A DNA stretch of 64,000 bases from an uncultured Planctomycetaceae bacterium (lineage in GTDB: Bacteria; Planctomycetota; Planctomycetia; Isosphaerales; Isosphaeraceae): the NCBI GenBank assembly GCA_963833985.1, contig CAWIAD010000002.1, positions 5,728,001 through 5,792,000 of the forward strand. Reading direction: 5' to 3'. Position numbers and translations under genes: made by a program. Shown piece after piece: positions 1 to 11,579 of this stretch. The notes beneath the pieces are model-generated. The model was given only the letters and a program-made list of their open reading frames with translations, did no database searches and was not told where the DNA came from. Each line of letters opens with the position of its first letter. Position 1 is the first letter of the stretch.

Positions 1-2543
1 GAAGTCCTCATTGAGCCCGTGGCCCGCGTGCGGGTAGGCGACCAGGTAGGCCGGACGCTTCAGATGCCGCAACAGGTTGAACAGCGACTCGCCCTCCCGG
101 CAATCGACCACGGTGTCTTGCCTTCCGACTCCGATCAGCAAGGGCGTTGTGATGCCGTGTGCCTGGTACATGAGCGAACTGGCAACGTAAGCCTGCGGAT
201 CTTCCCAGAAGGGAACCGGCATGCCGAGCGTCCGGAGCCAGCCGATCTCCGAATGCACATTCCCCCGGCGGCCGGTGAGGAGGTCATTCACCCAATCGAC
301 GACTGGACTGCCGGCGACTCCTGCGGCAAAGAGCTTCGACTTGCTCAGAACGAAGGCGGTTTCGTAGCCGCCATGGCTGATCCCCACCAAGCCGATCCGG
401 CCCGGGTTCACCTCGCCCCGAAGAAGCACGGCACGCACGGCGGACTCGACGCAGTCCACGGACGATGGGCCGACCTCGCGCGGCTGATGGACAATGTCCG
501 GCAGGAGCGCAAAGTAGCCCCTGCTCGCGAAAACCATCGGGTCGTCGAACGGGGCCGGGCTCGGGCGGAATCGGAAATGATCGTGGGAGCGAAGCCCGTA
601 GATCGAGACGATCATCGGGTACTTCTTCGAGCGATCGTAGGCGACAGGGTAGACCAGCGTAGCCTGCAACTCCCCCTCGTGCCGGTCGCGATACTGGATC
701 AGCTCTCGCCTGGGCCGCGGGACGGAATCGTCCCCCGGCTTGACATCGGTCATAGGGCATAGGTCGCCTCCCCGCGCGGTCGCCGTGCAGAAGTTGGGGG
801 GCGCGTCATAGGTTTCGCGCTGGAAGACGAACCGCTCGGCAGCGCGGGCCCTGGCCAATCGTTCAACCGCCCATGGCCCGAAGGCGATGACGTTCTCTGA
901 CCCGTCTGCACGAACGCGGACGTAACCCGAGTGTTTACTACGGGTCTCCTCCACGTGGAAGTCGAAGAAATCGCCGGACGCGTAGTCCCGGCCGGCGGTG
1001 GCGACAAAGCGGTACACTCGACCGCGCTCGCGGCCTCGAGTCAACCGCCGCGGGGTCGTCCCGTCCGGACGCAGTAACCAGGCGTCGTACCTGTCGTGTG
1101 CAATCAGGCCGCGGTCGTCGTCGAACCAGTCGACTCCCGTGATGGGCCCTCCACTGCCACGGGCCATCGCGAGATTGGCTTCGAAGGTCAGCTCGGGTGC
1201 AGGGGTGAGGTCGCGGCGAGAGCCATCGGTCGTATCGTAACTCCACCAGTGTCCCCGGTCGAAATAGGCCGCGTATCGGCCGGTGCGCGAAGGCGAGACA
1301 ACCGCAACCGGCCTCTTTGCCAGGGGGGTCCGAGTGCCGCTCTTCGGGTCGATGATGTCCCAATTGATGAGAACCGGGGTGCCCGAGAACGGTGCCACGG
1401 AATCAGCTCTGGGCACCAGCACGTTGCGGCCCCTGGGAAGCAGGACCATGGACGCCTGATCTTCGCTGGCAACCTTGACGATACGACCCTCGGCGGGGAT
1501 CCAGGCGAAGAGCCAGCCGCTCACCGGCGAGGTGCCCTCCTTCAGGCTGTCGTTCACGCTGTTGTAGATAACTAGATCGGTCGCCCGGTGGATTTCCACC
1601 TCGTCGTCTCGCGGCCGAGGCGGCCCGGCCACCGGCTCGTTTCGGACCACGAAGTAGACGATGGCCCCGGCATCCGCAACGCGGGGTTCGGAAGGATCCA
1701 GAAAGGCGTTCCGGGTCCAGGGTGCATGCGCGTCAAGCAGGATGCTCCGAACGCGCGGCGTCCTCGCCGTCGCGTCCTCGATCGCGACCATCAGGTCGGC
1801 CGCCTCTCCGTCGGGCCTGTCCTGCGCAACGACGATCGCCAGCGCGCGATGGTCGCCGCCCCATACCAGTGCCGTGACCTCGCCGCGGAAGTCGCAGACT
1901 CGCCGGGATTCGGATTCTCCCAGGCGCAGCACGTCCAGGTAGGCCCGACCGTTCTGCTCCGGTCTTGCGACCGCGACGAACCGACCGTCGCCGCTGAGCT
2001 GGTGCAGGGAGGCCGGGCCAATTGCACGGATCTTGTCGTCGATGAGCGAGTCGATGTAAACCTCCTCGGCACCTTCCGGCGCTTGCCTGCGCTTGGGTCT
2101 GTCATCCCGGGATGGCCCTTGATCACGAGATGCCGTGCATCAGGTGTCGCGGTGACGCTCGACGGAGACCGGAACGACCGTCTTGTCTTCAACGTCTCGA
2201 CGTCGAGGACGACATATTCAAATCCCCCCGGTGTGACGGTCGCGTAGATCAGAGATTTCGAGTCGGCGGCGAACATCGGCTCGCTCTGTCCTCCCTGCCC
2301 GCCCATGGTCTCGCCGACGACCTCCCGGCACGAGCGGCCGTCAGTCTCGCGGATCAGCAAGCGGCCCGTGCCTTGCCCCGAGTTGATGGTGCAGGCGAAC
2401 CAGCGTCCGTCGGGGGAGAGTACGGGCGATTGCGGGCTCACTGGCAGCTCAGCGGGGCCAGCACTCCCAGCGCCCGAGCCGGATGCTCGGGAGGTAGACG
2501 ACAAAGCCAGGATGGAAAGGATTGCAGCGTACAGGAAGGCCAT
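1..2543 (-). CDS. S9 (prolyl oligopeptidase/acylaminoacyl peptidase) family serine peptidase, secreted; 3' end runs off the window; one frameshift near 2070
   Basis: Signal peptide MAFLYAAILSILALSS and propeller-like N-terminus (LSPDGRWFA). After a frame change near 2070, a continuous frame read by hand gives KKYPMIVSIYG, RIGLVGISHGGY (GxSxG), LLIGVGRQDTVV (Asp) and LVAYPHAGHGL (His). Confidence 0.85.
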
Positions 2544-2687
2544 ATCGAGATATGCGCACACGTCGTTCAACTCCCGGGTGAATGAAGGTGTGACGTGAAG
2601 ATGAAGTCGATGAGACTGAGCCCGCTCAAATCGCGCCTGCTGCGGAGGCCATGGTTCCGGTCCCCGCGGGCCGGTTGTTCCGCCGGT

Positions 2688-3344
2688 CTACCTTCCGGGT
2701 TGGTGGGGACTGCCGAAGGGCATGGACGCCCGCCATCCGGCGCCAAACGACAGTTCAAGCTTCATCCGCAAGGCCTGTACGTCGACATCCTTGACCTCGA
2801 TGGAATTTCCCAGCTTCTTCCCGGCCTTCTCGAGGGGCACCGAGAACAGCGGCTGAGAGCCGGTACCGAATGCCTGCAGGACGTAGCGGGTGTCCTCCTT
2901 GCGGCTGGCCGTCAGGACAAGGCAGTTGATATCAAGCCGGCCGGCTTTTGGATCCTCATACACGGCGTTCTGCATTCGCCCCCGATCGACAAGCTGACCG
3001 TCGACGACCGGCATCCAGGCCAGGAACGTGAAGAGATAGCCGACCGGCACGCCGTATCCCTGGTGGACTTCCTTGCCTTGAAAGTCCGCCTTCTCGAGGT
3101 CCTTCTGAGGCACGAACAGGAAGAACGGCAGAGTTTGAGGGCGGATGCCGACCCCGGCGGCGTGCTCCGGATCGGCCTCGACCCGCGCGGGACATTTCCC
3201 GGGCGATTCCAGACCGGCCAGAAAGCTTTTTGCGGTACGCACGGCATCGCGCGGTCTCTGCGGGGAGAACTCCTGAGCGTCCGCGGCCGAGCCGACCAGC
3301 AACGCGATCACGGAGATGCACGATGGGTGAAACGTCATTCTCAT
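2688..3344 (-). CDS. Hypothetical secreted protein
   Basis: 218-aa ORF with signal peptide (SVIALLVGSAADA), GAAGGA upstream and GC3-rich codons. Confidence 0.7.
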   Translation of the reverse strand: MRMTFHPSCISVIALLVGSAADAQEFSPQRPRDAVRTAKSFLAGLESPGKCPARVEADPEHAAGVGIRPQTLPFFLFVPQKDLEKADFQGKEVHQGYGVPVGYLFTFLAWMPVVDGQLVDRGRMQNAVYEDPKAGRLDINCLVLTASRKEDTRYVLQAFGTGSQPLFSVPLEKAGKKLGNSIEVKDVDVQALRMKLELSFGAGWRASMPFGSPHQPGR

Positions 3345-3480
3345 GGCGATGTCCTTCGAGATTGGAACGGAAGGGAAGGGAAGGGAAGCAGCGAAGACCC
3401 AGAGAGACCACGGCGCAGAGCGCGGAATCTCCGCTGCCCGCAGTCTTGCGAGTCCAGGCCCACGAGGCTTTGTGTTTCGC

Positions 3481-4326
3481 TCAGAGCGAAGGAGTCTTCC
3501 CCGTGATGGCCCCGAGCGCCACGGCCATGCAGGTGAGGAAGGCGAGCAAGCTTGCCAGACTCACAAAGAGAAGGGTCCCATGGCGGCGAAAGCCGCCGGC
3601 GAAGGGGGCGTAACAGTCGCGTATGACCTCAGGCCAGCGCCAGGCAATGAAGCCGAGAAACGCCAGCGATAAGGATCCCAGCATCACGCAGGTGAAGGCG
3701 GTGATGGTGCCCAGAGGATACTGGCGGGCCCATGCGACGATCTCGTGGAAACCGCCTGCATCGGTCAAGAGCACCTCGGTCGTGACCGCGACCGCCAGCG
3801 GCCAGAGCAGCATCAGCACGGTCAAGGGGACATATACGGCGAGTAACGATGGGTAGATCAGCCACTTCTCCGGACCCCTGGGTTCGGCAATCGCCGAGAG
3901 CGAGGCGCGAGCCAGGACGAAGCTGAGCGCAAGCCCCACCAGCAGGAAAGGAAGCACCCCCGTGACGTGGAGCTCCAGGTTCAGGCATGCCGCCAGGAAC
4001 AGCGTCAGCGCCAGCATGACGAACGAGAGGTAGCCGAGCCGGAGGTCCTCCGGCCCCGACCGGAGCGCCAGCAAGGCCCGCTGCAAAAGGCCCAGCTCCT
4101 CCTGCGGGACCCACCGGGACGGGCTGCCAAGCTTGCGCAGGACGGCCTGCAACTCGGCGGTATCGACAGCCACATGGGCACCTGCCAGCGCGTGTTCGAT
4201 GTGCTCCTCAACGTCACGCTCGACTTCCGCCACATCGACGGACGCGCAATGCCGCAAGGACAGGCGCACTTCCGCCAGGTAGCCGTCCAGGCAGCGCCTG
4301 GCGGCGTCTGTGAGCTCGATCATCAT
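3481..4326 (-). CDS. HAAS-like N-terminal domain membrane protein, partner of PadR
   Basis: N-terminus LDGYLAEVRLSL...VEEHIEHAL...LRKLGSP, then about 5 hydrophobic helices. Start overlaps the PadR stop (ATGA). Confidence 0.8.
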   Translation of the reverse strand: MMIELTDAARRCLDGYLAEVRLSLRHCASVDVAEVERDVEEHIEHALAGAHVAVDTAELQAVLRKLGSPSRWVPQEELGLLQRALLALRSGPEDLRLGYLSFVMLALTLFLAACLNLELHVTGVLPFLLVGLALSFVLARASLSAIAEPRGPEKWLIYPSLLAVYVPLTVLMLLWPLAVAVTTEVLLTDAGGFHEIVAWARQYPLGTITAFTCVMLGSLSLAFLGFIAWRWPEVIRDCYAPFAGGFRRHGTLLFVSLASLLAFLTCMAVALGAITGKTPSL

Positions 4327-4670
4327 GGCTCCCCTTTCCGCAGGCATTTGACCCCCGCCTCGATCAGGTCCCAAGCGGCATTCATCCGCCCGAGAACTTT
4401 CTCGCCCTTCATCGTCAATTTGTAGTACTTGCGGACCGGGCCTCCGCTCGATTCCTCGAGCTCAACAGCCACCAGACCCTGGGCGCGGAACCGGCTGAGG
4501 ATGGGATAGATTGTCCCGTCGCCGATGACCAGCCCATCGACGATTCGCAGCCGCTTGACGATGTCATAGCCGTACAGCCGCTCCCCGCTCAGGGCATTCA
4601 AGATGCACAGCTCCAGCACGCCCTTCCGCGCCTGGACGTTCCAGTTTTCCAGCGCCTTGTCGATCTCCAT
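4323..4670 (-). CDS. PadR family transcriptional regulator
   Basis: RKGVLELCILNAL, YGYDI, GTIYPILSR and GPVRKYYKLT motifs. Confidence 0.95.
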   Translation of the reverse strand: MEIDKALENWNVQARKGVLELCILNALSGERLYGYDIVKRLRIVDGLVIGDGTIYPILSRFRAQGLVAVELEESSGGPVRKYYKLTMKGEKVLGRMNAAWDLIEAGVKCLRKGEP

Positions 4671-4675
4671 GAGCC

Positions 4676-4733
4676 CAGTATATGGCATCGCAAGATACTG
4701 TCAATAGCAGCTAGATGGTTTTACAAGATACTG
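4676..4733 (-). promoter_or_regulatory. sigma70-type promoter of the padR operon (probably leaderless) with overlapping operator
   Basis: Minus strand TTGACA (4699-4704), 16 nt, TATACT (4677-4682), 6 nt, ATG. Inverted repeat CAGTAT-N13-ATACTG (4676-4700). CAAGATACTG occurs at 4691 and again at 4724. Confidence 0.7.
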
Positions 4734-4888
4734 GTCCGGACAATCGCACAGCGCCGGCCCCGGACGGGAACTGGCAAGCTCACGGCCCGCCCACTACGAT
4801 GGATGCCACGCCAGGTTTTTTGCCCCATCCACAGGACGGGGAATGTTCGAGGTTCCATCGCATGCCATCGCGCCGATCTTCCGAGCTC

Positions 4889-7814
4889 ATGAGGTTTCTT
4901 CTTTATCTGTTCCTCTTGAACGCCCTCTGCGGTTTCGGCTTGCCGGTCAGTCGCGCGCGAGCCGACGAGCAGACCCTGCGTATCGAGGTTGACGCCCGTG
5001 AGCTGCCCCGGCGGCTGCTGCACACGCGTGTGCAGGTGGAGTGCAAGCCCGGACCCCTGGCGCTCTGGTATCCCAAGTGGATTCCGGGCACGCACGCCCC
5101 CAGCGGTCCGCTGGATTCGGTGGGTGGACTGAGGCTGAGGACCGCACAGGGCAAGGACATTCCCTGGCAGCGTGACGGGGTCGAACTCTATCGCCTGTGC
5201 TGCGAGGTGCCCGGCGGGACGCATGAGATTCAGGCCCTGCTCGACACAATCTGCAATGCGCCAAGCGTGGAGGCCAGCGGGCACCTGAGCTACGGGAACG
5301 CCTTGCTGGGCATCATCAACTGGCCCACGTGCCTGCTCTATCCCGAGGGCCCGACCGCCAGGCAAACGCGAGTTGCGCTGTCGCTGCGGCTGCCGCACGG
5401 CTGGAAATACGCCACGAGCCTCAAGATCCAGAGTGAGACCGAAGGAGTGATCCGGTTCGAGCCGGTCTCGCTCGCCACCCTGGCCGATTCACCGCTCATC
5501 GCCGGCACGCACCTGCGCACCATCCCGCTCGCGACCGGGCCCAATCCGCCCGCGTTCTTCCACTTGGCCTCCGAGTCTCCGGCCGCGCTCCAGCTTGCAC
5601 CAGCCACGGTGGACCTCTACAGCCGGGTGGTGCGCGAGGCCGGGGCGCTGTTCGGCGCCTGTCACTACGCCGAGTTCCATTTCCTGATCACGTGCAGCGA
5701 CGAGCTCGGCTACCTGGGGCTGGAGCACCTTTCGTCGAGCATCAACGGCGTGCGCGAGCGCGACCTCATCGACGGCACGAACCGCAGGGGCTGGGTCGCG
5801 AACCTCATCCCGCATGAATATGTCCATTCCTGGTGCGGCAAGTACCGGCGGCCCGCCGGACAGTGCACGGCCGACTTCCACACGCCCCAGCGCACTGCGC
5901 TGCTCTGGGTTTATGAGGGGCTGGGAGAGTACCTTGGCGAGCTGCTCATGGTGCGCAGCGGTCTGGTCTCGCCCAGCGCGTACCGCGAGAACCTGACCGC
6001 GTCGATCGGCGGCCTGATGCTGCGGACTGGCAGGAGCTGGCGCTCGTTGCAGGACACGGCCGTGGCATCGCATCTTCTTCGAGCCCCGAGCCTGAGCTGG
6101 AACGAGCTGCGCCGCGCCCAGGACTATTACCCGGAGGGCGGCGCTCATCTGGATGGAGGCCGACGCGATCATCCGGCAACGGAGCGACGGAGCACGCAGC
6201 CTGGATGATTTCTGCCGCAGGTTTCTGGGCCGGAACTCCTCCCCGGACGACACGGTGCCCTACGAGCTGCCGGAGATCATCACGCACCTCAAGGCAACGG
6301 CCAATTTCGACTGGGAGCGATTCCTCTCTGAGCGGACGAGCCGGCCGCTGGACGCACTGCCTCTGGAGCTGGTGGGCCGCCTCGGTTACCGCCTTCAGTA
6401 CGTTCCCGCGCCGCCGGATCAGGATCGCGGCATGGGCCGCGGCCGCACGGGCATCTCCGCTCAGCACTCGCTGGGCCTGAGCTTTGGCAATGAAGGCCAG
6501 ATCCTCGATATCGTCCCAGGGATGCCGGGTGATAAGGCTGGCCTGGCGCCGGGCATGAAGGTCATGGGTATTGGCGGCCGGCTCTTCAGCGCCCGGCGGC
6601 TTCAGGACGCGCTCGGTGAAAGCGTCGCCACCCGGCGCATCGAGCTGTTGGTCCTCGAGGGCGACCAGTTCAAGACGATCGTCATCCCCTACGCCGACGG
6701 CCCCAGGTATCTGACGATGGTTCGAGACGAATCGAAGCCAGACCTGCTGGGCCAGATCCTCAAGCCGATCGCGGAGCAGGAAAAGCCCATGCACTCGCCG
6801 CAGAGCGCGCGCCGTCCGGAAAGAGGTGCGTCCCTTCCCAGGGGTTACGTCGCCTATCGCGCGGAGAAACCGCTTCGTATCGACGGCAAGCTCGACGAGC
6901 CCGCCTGGCAGGCCGCACCCTGGACCGATGCGTTCGTGGATATCGAGGGCGACCGCAAACCGCATCCCAGGTATCCAACCCAGGCCAAAATGCTCTGGGA
7001 TGATCAGTACCTGTACGTCGCCGCCAGGCTCGACGAACCGCATGTCTGGGGCACGTTGACGAAGCATGACTCGGTCATCTTCCATGACAACGACTTCGAG
7101 GTCTTCATCGATCCCGACGGCGATCACCATGAATATTACGAGATCGAGATCAACGCGCTGGGCACCGAGTGGGACCTCTTCCTGAAGAAGCCCTATCGCG
7201 ACGGCGGACCGGCCGTGGACGCCTGGGAGATCCCCGGGCTCAGGTCGGCCGTCCATGTCGAGGGTACCTTGAACAACCCCGGCGACACGGATAGCTTCTG
7301 GGCGGTCGAGCTCGCGTTCCCCTGGAAAGTGCTGGCCGAGTATGCCCACCGTCCCGCGCCACCGCGCGACGGCGAGCAGTGGCGCATCAACTTCTCTCGC
7401 GTCGAGTGGCGGCACGAAGTGAAGGACGGGAAATACCGCAAGGTCCCGGACACGCCCGAGAACAACTGGGTCTGGTCGCCGCAGGGCGTCATCGACATGC
7501 ACCGGCCCGAGCGCTGGGGCGTCGTGCAGTTCTCCACCGCCGCGCCGGGAAGCATCACGTATCGACCCGATCCCGCGCTGCCGACCCGCGAGCGTCTGAT
7601 CGAGATCTATCACGCCCAGAAGCGGTTCCACGACAAGAACGGGCGCTGGGCCGAACGCAGCGACCAGCTCGACATTGCGGCCGCACCAGGGGAGAAGCCC
7701 GCCATCAAGGCCATGCCTGGTGGTTACGAGGCCGCTCTCACGTTCACACCCGAAGGGGGTGCGCAGCAAACCTGGACGATTCGCGAGGACTCGAGGATCA
7801 CGCGCAGGCCGTGA
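4889..7814 (+). CDS. M61 glycyl aminopeptidase + PDZ fused to a C-terminal CBM9-like sugar-binding domain; frameshift at about 6140
   Basis: LWYPKWIPGTH, GLEH, HEYVH zinc motif and WVYEG. An extra G at DYYPEG/ALIWMEAD joins ORFs 4715-6208 and 6153-7814. PDZ (PGDKAGLAPGMKV), then IDGKLDEPAW, KMLWDDQYLY, DNDFEVFID and WRINFSRVEW. Confidence 0.85.
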
Positions 7815-7821
7815 GGCGTTC

Positions 7822-10456
7822 TCATTCGGACCAGGCGAATTCGCCCGAATCGACGCCCCAGTCCATGCCAAAGAATCCGGCGGCCGCCAGGGCGGAATCT
7901 CCCAGTTCGGGCGCCCGGCGCGGAAGACCGTGCAGTCCGGATAGGCCACGCCCGACACGAAATAGGGGAGCCGAACCGTGAGCCGCAGCCCGGCCAGCCC
8001 CGTCCCGGACACGGCCGCCACCGAGGCCTTGTCGCTGTCGGGGCGAGACCGCAGGAACAGGCAGGCCAGGTCCTCGCCCGCAAGTTTGCGTTCTCCGATC
8101 CGCAGGCTGCCGCGCTTCACCTGAACGGGGCTGCCCGAGAGCAGCGCCGGCCAGGCCGCGTTGCTTTCGGAGTGGCCATAAAGGATCACGCTCCGGTCCT
8201 GGAACTCGGCCTTGCGGCCAGGGTCGAGAAACTGGCGGTCGGAGAGGAGATCGACCGAGCCATTGCCGCGGTACCAGAAGAGCTCGGCGTCGTAGCGGGC
8301 GCGAGCGAAGGACAGGGCGTTCTCCGGGGCGTTCCCCGCGGTGCCGTAGACGAGCACGAACCGATGGCGGAAGGCGTCCTTGAACGGTCCGTAACGATGC
8401 GGGCCCTTGAGCGCAGGGGATGGAGGCTCACTCAGGACAGACCAGCGCGGGCCATTGCGGACCATCCAGATCCGCAGCCCATTCTTCTCGCTCGAGACCC
8501 CGGCCGCGTGCAATGCCTGGCCGTCCAGGTTCAGCGAGACCGCCCCATCGCCACGGGGAAGCGCGCGCGTGAGGTCAAGCGCCAGGCGAGCCACATTCTC
8601 GGTGGTCCCCGTAAGGCGCCGCTGGCCGCGATCGAGCACCAGGTGCACAGCGCTGGGGGCCAGGCACCTGGTCTGGGCCTCGATTGTCGCCCAGCCAGAG
8701 CGGGGCGAGACTCCGGGACTCATCGTCACGAAATCAATCTTGCGCACGTCTTCCGGAGCAGGCAGCCTGCGCTCATTCAGGAATGCGAAGAGCGGAGGCC
8801 AGTCGACGCACGGAGAACCCCACCAGTGCCCGGCACCCGGCTGCTCGTGGTAGGCGAAGTCGGGATGAAACGTCCCCAGGACCTCGCGCATCCGCCGGGC
8901 CTGATCGACCGGGACGTTGTCGTCGGCGTCTCCGTGCAAGACGTAGACGCCGCGGGGAGCGAGGTTGCGGACCAGGGCGAGCGTGTCGCTGGGGTTACCC
9001 GCGCGTGCGACGAGCTGCTCGATCGCACTGGCCTTCTCGCTCTTCCGGGCCCCGGCATAGGACCACATGCTGATCCACCCCGCGCTGGGGGCGGCCACGG
9101 CGAACCGATCGGGGAACGTCACGCCCAGGTGCCAGGTTCCGTGTCCGCCCATGGAATGACCGGTCAGGTAGGTCCGGAGCGGATCTGTCTGGAGCTCCTG
9201 CCGCGCGCGTTCCAGCACCTCGATCGCGTCGAGGCGACCCCAGTCTTCCCAGTCGAAGCCGTAGGGGCGCCGGTTCGTGGGCGCGACCAGGTGCAGGCCC
9301 GGTTTGCCCGCATAGGCTTCGGCCTGGCCGATCGCTTCCACCGCCGCACCGTGGAGGGTCAGCACCAGACCGGGCCGGGCTGGTGGCGCCGGGGTCTGCG
9401 GTCGCGGGCCCGCCTCCGCACTCTGCTCAGGACGCGCGGGAAGCAGCGCGTAGTACTGGACGCTGCCGTCGACCGCGCTGCGGAACGTCCGCTTGCGCGC
9501 CTGGTCGGGCTGGCGAACGCGCAGTTTGAGGCTTGCGCGATCGAGTGTTTCGACTGGTGACTCACTGGTGCGCTGAATCCGCAAAGCGAGTGTCACGGAG
9601 GCGTCGCTGGTTTCTCGGGGCGCCGGGCCGGCAATCTGAAAGCCGACTTTACGGAGGGAACAGGGAGGAAGGGAAGGAACCCTGGTCTCGACGGGCTCCG
9701 CGGCGGCAAGCTGGCTCTGGATCGTCAGGTGGTCCAGAGCCTGCTCGGAACAGTTCATGACGATGATGGCCGCCTCGGCTTGCACCGGCTCGTCCGCCAC
9801 GAGATCCGGGGTGGTCAGATCGCCCGGGTCTAGCTCGGCGTCCGCTCGCGAGGGGCGGAGGCGGGCCGTCACGCGCCCTCCGCGGCCCGCCTGGAAGAGG
9901 AGGTGGTTCGACCCGCGCGACAAACGCACTGGCAGACACACATAACCGTGCGCATAGGGATCGCCCACGCGAGGCTCACCTTCCAGGTAAACCAGCGAGT
10001 GGCCTGCGGCCTCGAGCACCATGATTCGCTGGAAATCCGAGTGGACCTGGACAGCCAGGTAGCCTGCGCGGCCCGGGACCTCGAAGCTGCCTGCTGCGCT
10101 GGCCTCAATAGCTTTCCAGGTCCGCGTTTGCCCGTTTTTGAAGGCAACCCCCTGATCCTTCGCGGGCATGGTCCAGTTTCCGGCGACCATCTGCGCCGCC
10201 ACGGGATCCATGCTCATGAGCGACCGATCCACCCGTCCGGGCGTCTCGACGCCAGCGCCAGCCGGGGAAGAACGGGCGGTGGCGCCGAAGCCGGCGCGGA
10301 TGGATCGGGTGGCGAGACGGCCTGGAGGTCAATGGCCAGCACGAGCGTCAGGGCAAGCGCGAGGGCCGCGCTCCGGACGAGCTGGAGGCAGGCTGCCAGA
10401 GCGTCCAGGCGACTTCGAGAGCCGCGATGATTCGAAAGCCGGTGGTTACAAAGCAT
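7822..10456 (-). CDS. Secreted alpha/beta-hydrolase (S9-like peptidase/esterase); frameshifts near 10260 and 7900
   Basis: VLTLHGA, TGHSMGGHG nucleophile motif, LHGDADDNVP and GAGHWWG. The true C-terminus LAAAGFFGMDWGVDSGEFAWSE* is in another frame and ends at 7822. The signal peptide is in ORF 10214-10462; start approximate. Confidence 0.8.
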
Positions 10457-10625
10457 GGCCAATCTGTTCCGTCAACAGCGGAGAGCAATGTCGTGGCAGG
10501 TAACCTGGCGATGTGATTGTACCAGGCGGCCCGCGGCGATGTTGCCCTCGGGGCGGTTTCCAGGCTACGCTGAAAGTTGACATGTGTCGGATTGCCGCCA
10601 AACTCGACCAGCCAGGAGCAGAACC

Positions 10626-10874
10626 ATGTCGGGTCCCCAGCCGCAGCCGGAGCAGTCGACCGATCAGGTTGTGGAAGCCTGCGCGATCAGCGTTGGCCGG
10701 CAGGTGCTCGGTCGGGAGCTCTCGCCTGCTGAAATGCAGGCGCTGCGGGCCATCTTTTCCGCCGCGGCCCAGGCGCTCGCGGAGGGCTTCATCGAGCGGC
10801 TGGCGACGCAGGTTCTTGCCGAGCGCCGGGATGAGAAGATCGAGGAATTCTTCGAGAACGTGAAGACCGACTGA
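10626..10874 (+). CDS. Small acidic hypothetical protein
   Basis: AGGAG RBS upstream of ATG, 82 aa, helical character. Confidence 0.7.
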   Translation: MSGPQPQPEQSTDQVVEACAISVGRQVLGRELSPAEMQALRAIFSAAAQALAEGFIERLATQVLAERRDEKIEEFFENVKTD

Positions 10875-10888
10875 ATCAGCCCGCCGTT

Positions 10889-11362
10889 TCACTCGGCCAG
10901 ACGCCGGTACTTGCCCGCGTGGTAGAGAAGCGGCAGACCGGTTTGCAAGGCTCCCGCGACGATCTCGCCGATGAAGATCTCATGGTCGCCGCCGGGAAGG
11001 ATGTCGACCACGCGGCAATCAACGTAGGCCAGGCACTCGGCCAGGATCGGAGCCCCGGTTGCCTCGGTCTGAACCGACAGCCCCGTGAAGTCCTTCGGAC
11101 CAGGTGTCGCGAACCGCCGCGAGACCTCCTCCTGGTCCAGCCGCAGAATGTTCACCGCGAAGCAGCGGTTGATCCTGAGAAACTCCAGCGAGTGTGCCCT
11201 CTTGTCCACGGCCACCAGCAGCAGGGGCGGATCCAGCGAGAGTGAGGCGATCGCGTTGGCCGTCAAACCGTGCGGGCCGGCCGCACCATCGGTGGTCACC
11301 ACGGTCACGCCCGTGGCGAACTGCCCCATGATTCTCCGCTGTAGTGCCGGATCGAATGCCAT
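10889..11362 (-). CDS. Flavin reductase family protein (HpaC/RutF-like)
   Basis: MGQFATGVTVVT, SLSLDPPLLL, GGDHEIFIGE and PLLYH motifs. Confidence 0.95.
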   Translation of the reverse strand: MAFDPALQRRIMGQFATGVTVVTTDGAAGPHGLTANAIASLSLDPPLLLVAVDKRAHSLEFLRINRCFAVNILRLDQEEVSRRFATPGPKDFTGLSVQTEATGAPILAECLAYVDCRVVDILPGGDHEIFIGEIVAGALQTGLPLLYHAGKYRRLAE

Positions 11363-11438
11363 GCGACGACTCACCCTCCAACCACGGACCGGGAACCGAT
11401 ACACGCCCCCAGGCCGCCCCTGGCGCGTGCGTCACATT

Positions 11439-11579
11439 TTACACGATGGGTGTTCCTGGGAGCGACCGCTGCCGTCGCAACCGGTACTTCAGACCGGTCA
11501 CGAAAAAGCAAGCCGCGGCAACGCTCCCGAAGATCAATGGCGCGAAGCGAGGGAACCAGGCCATCGGCAGGATCGCCAC
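11439..11579 (-). pseudogene. Orphan 3' end of the Ser/Thr kinase gene (possibly a translated 46-aa mini-ORF)
   Basis: Translates to (V)AILPMAWFPRFAPLIFGSVAAACFFVTGLKYRLRRQRSLPGTPIV*, versus the kinase C-terminus AILPMTWFPQFAPLIFGTVASACFFVTGMKYRLRRQRTDP*. Confidence 0.9.

Noticed and set aside
5946..10232. 1428-aa minus-strand ORF as one giant protein
   Set aside because: A frameshift near 7900 causes read-through antisense to the M61-CBM9 gene; the real gene ends at 7822.
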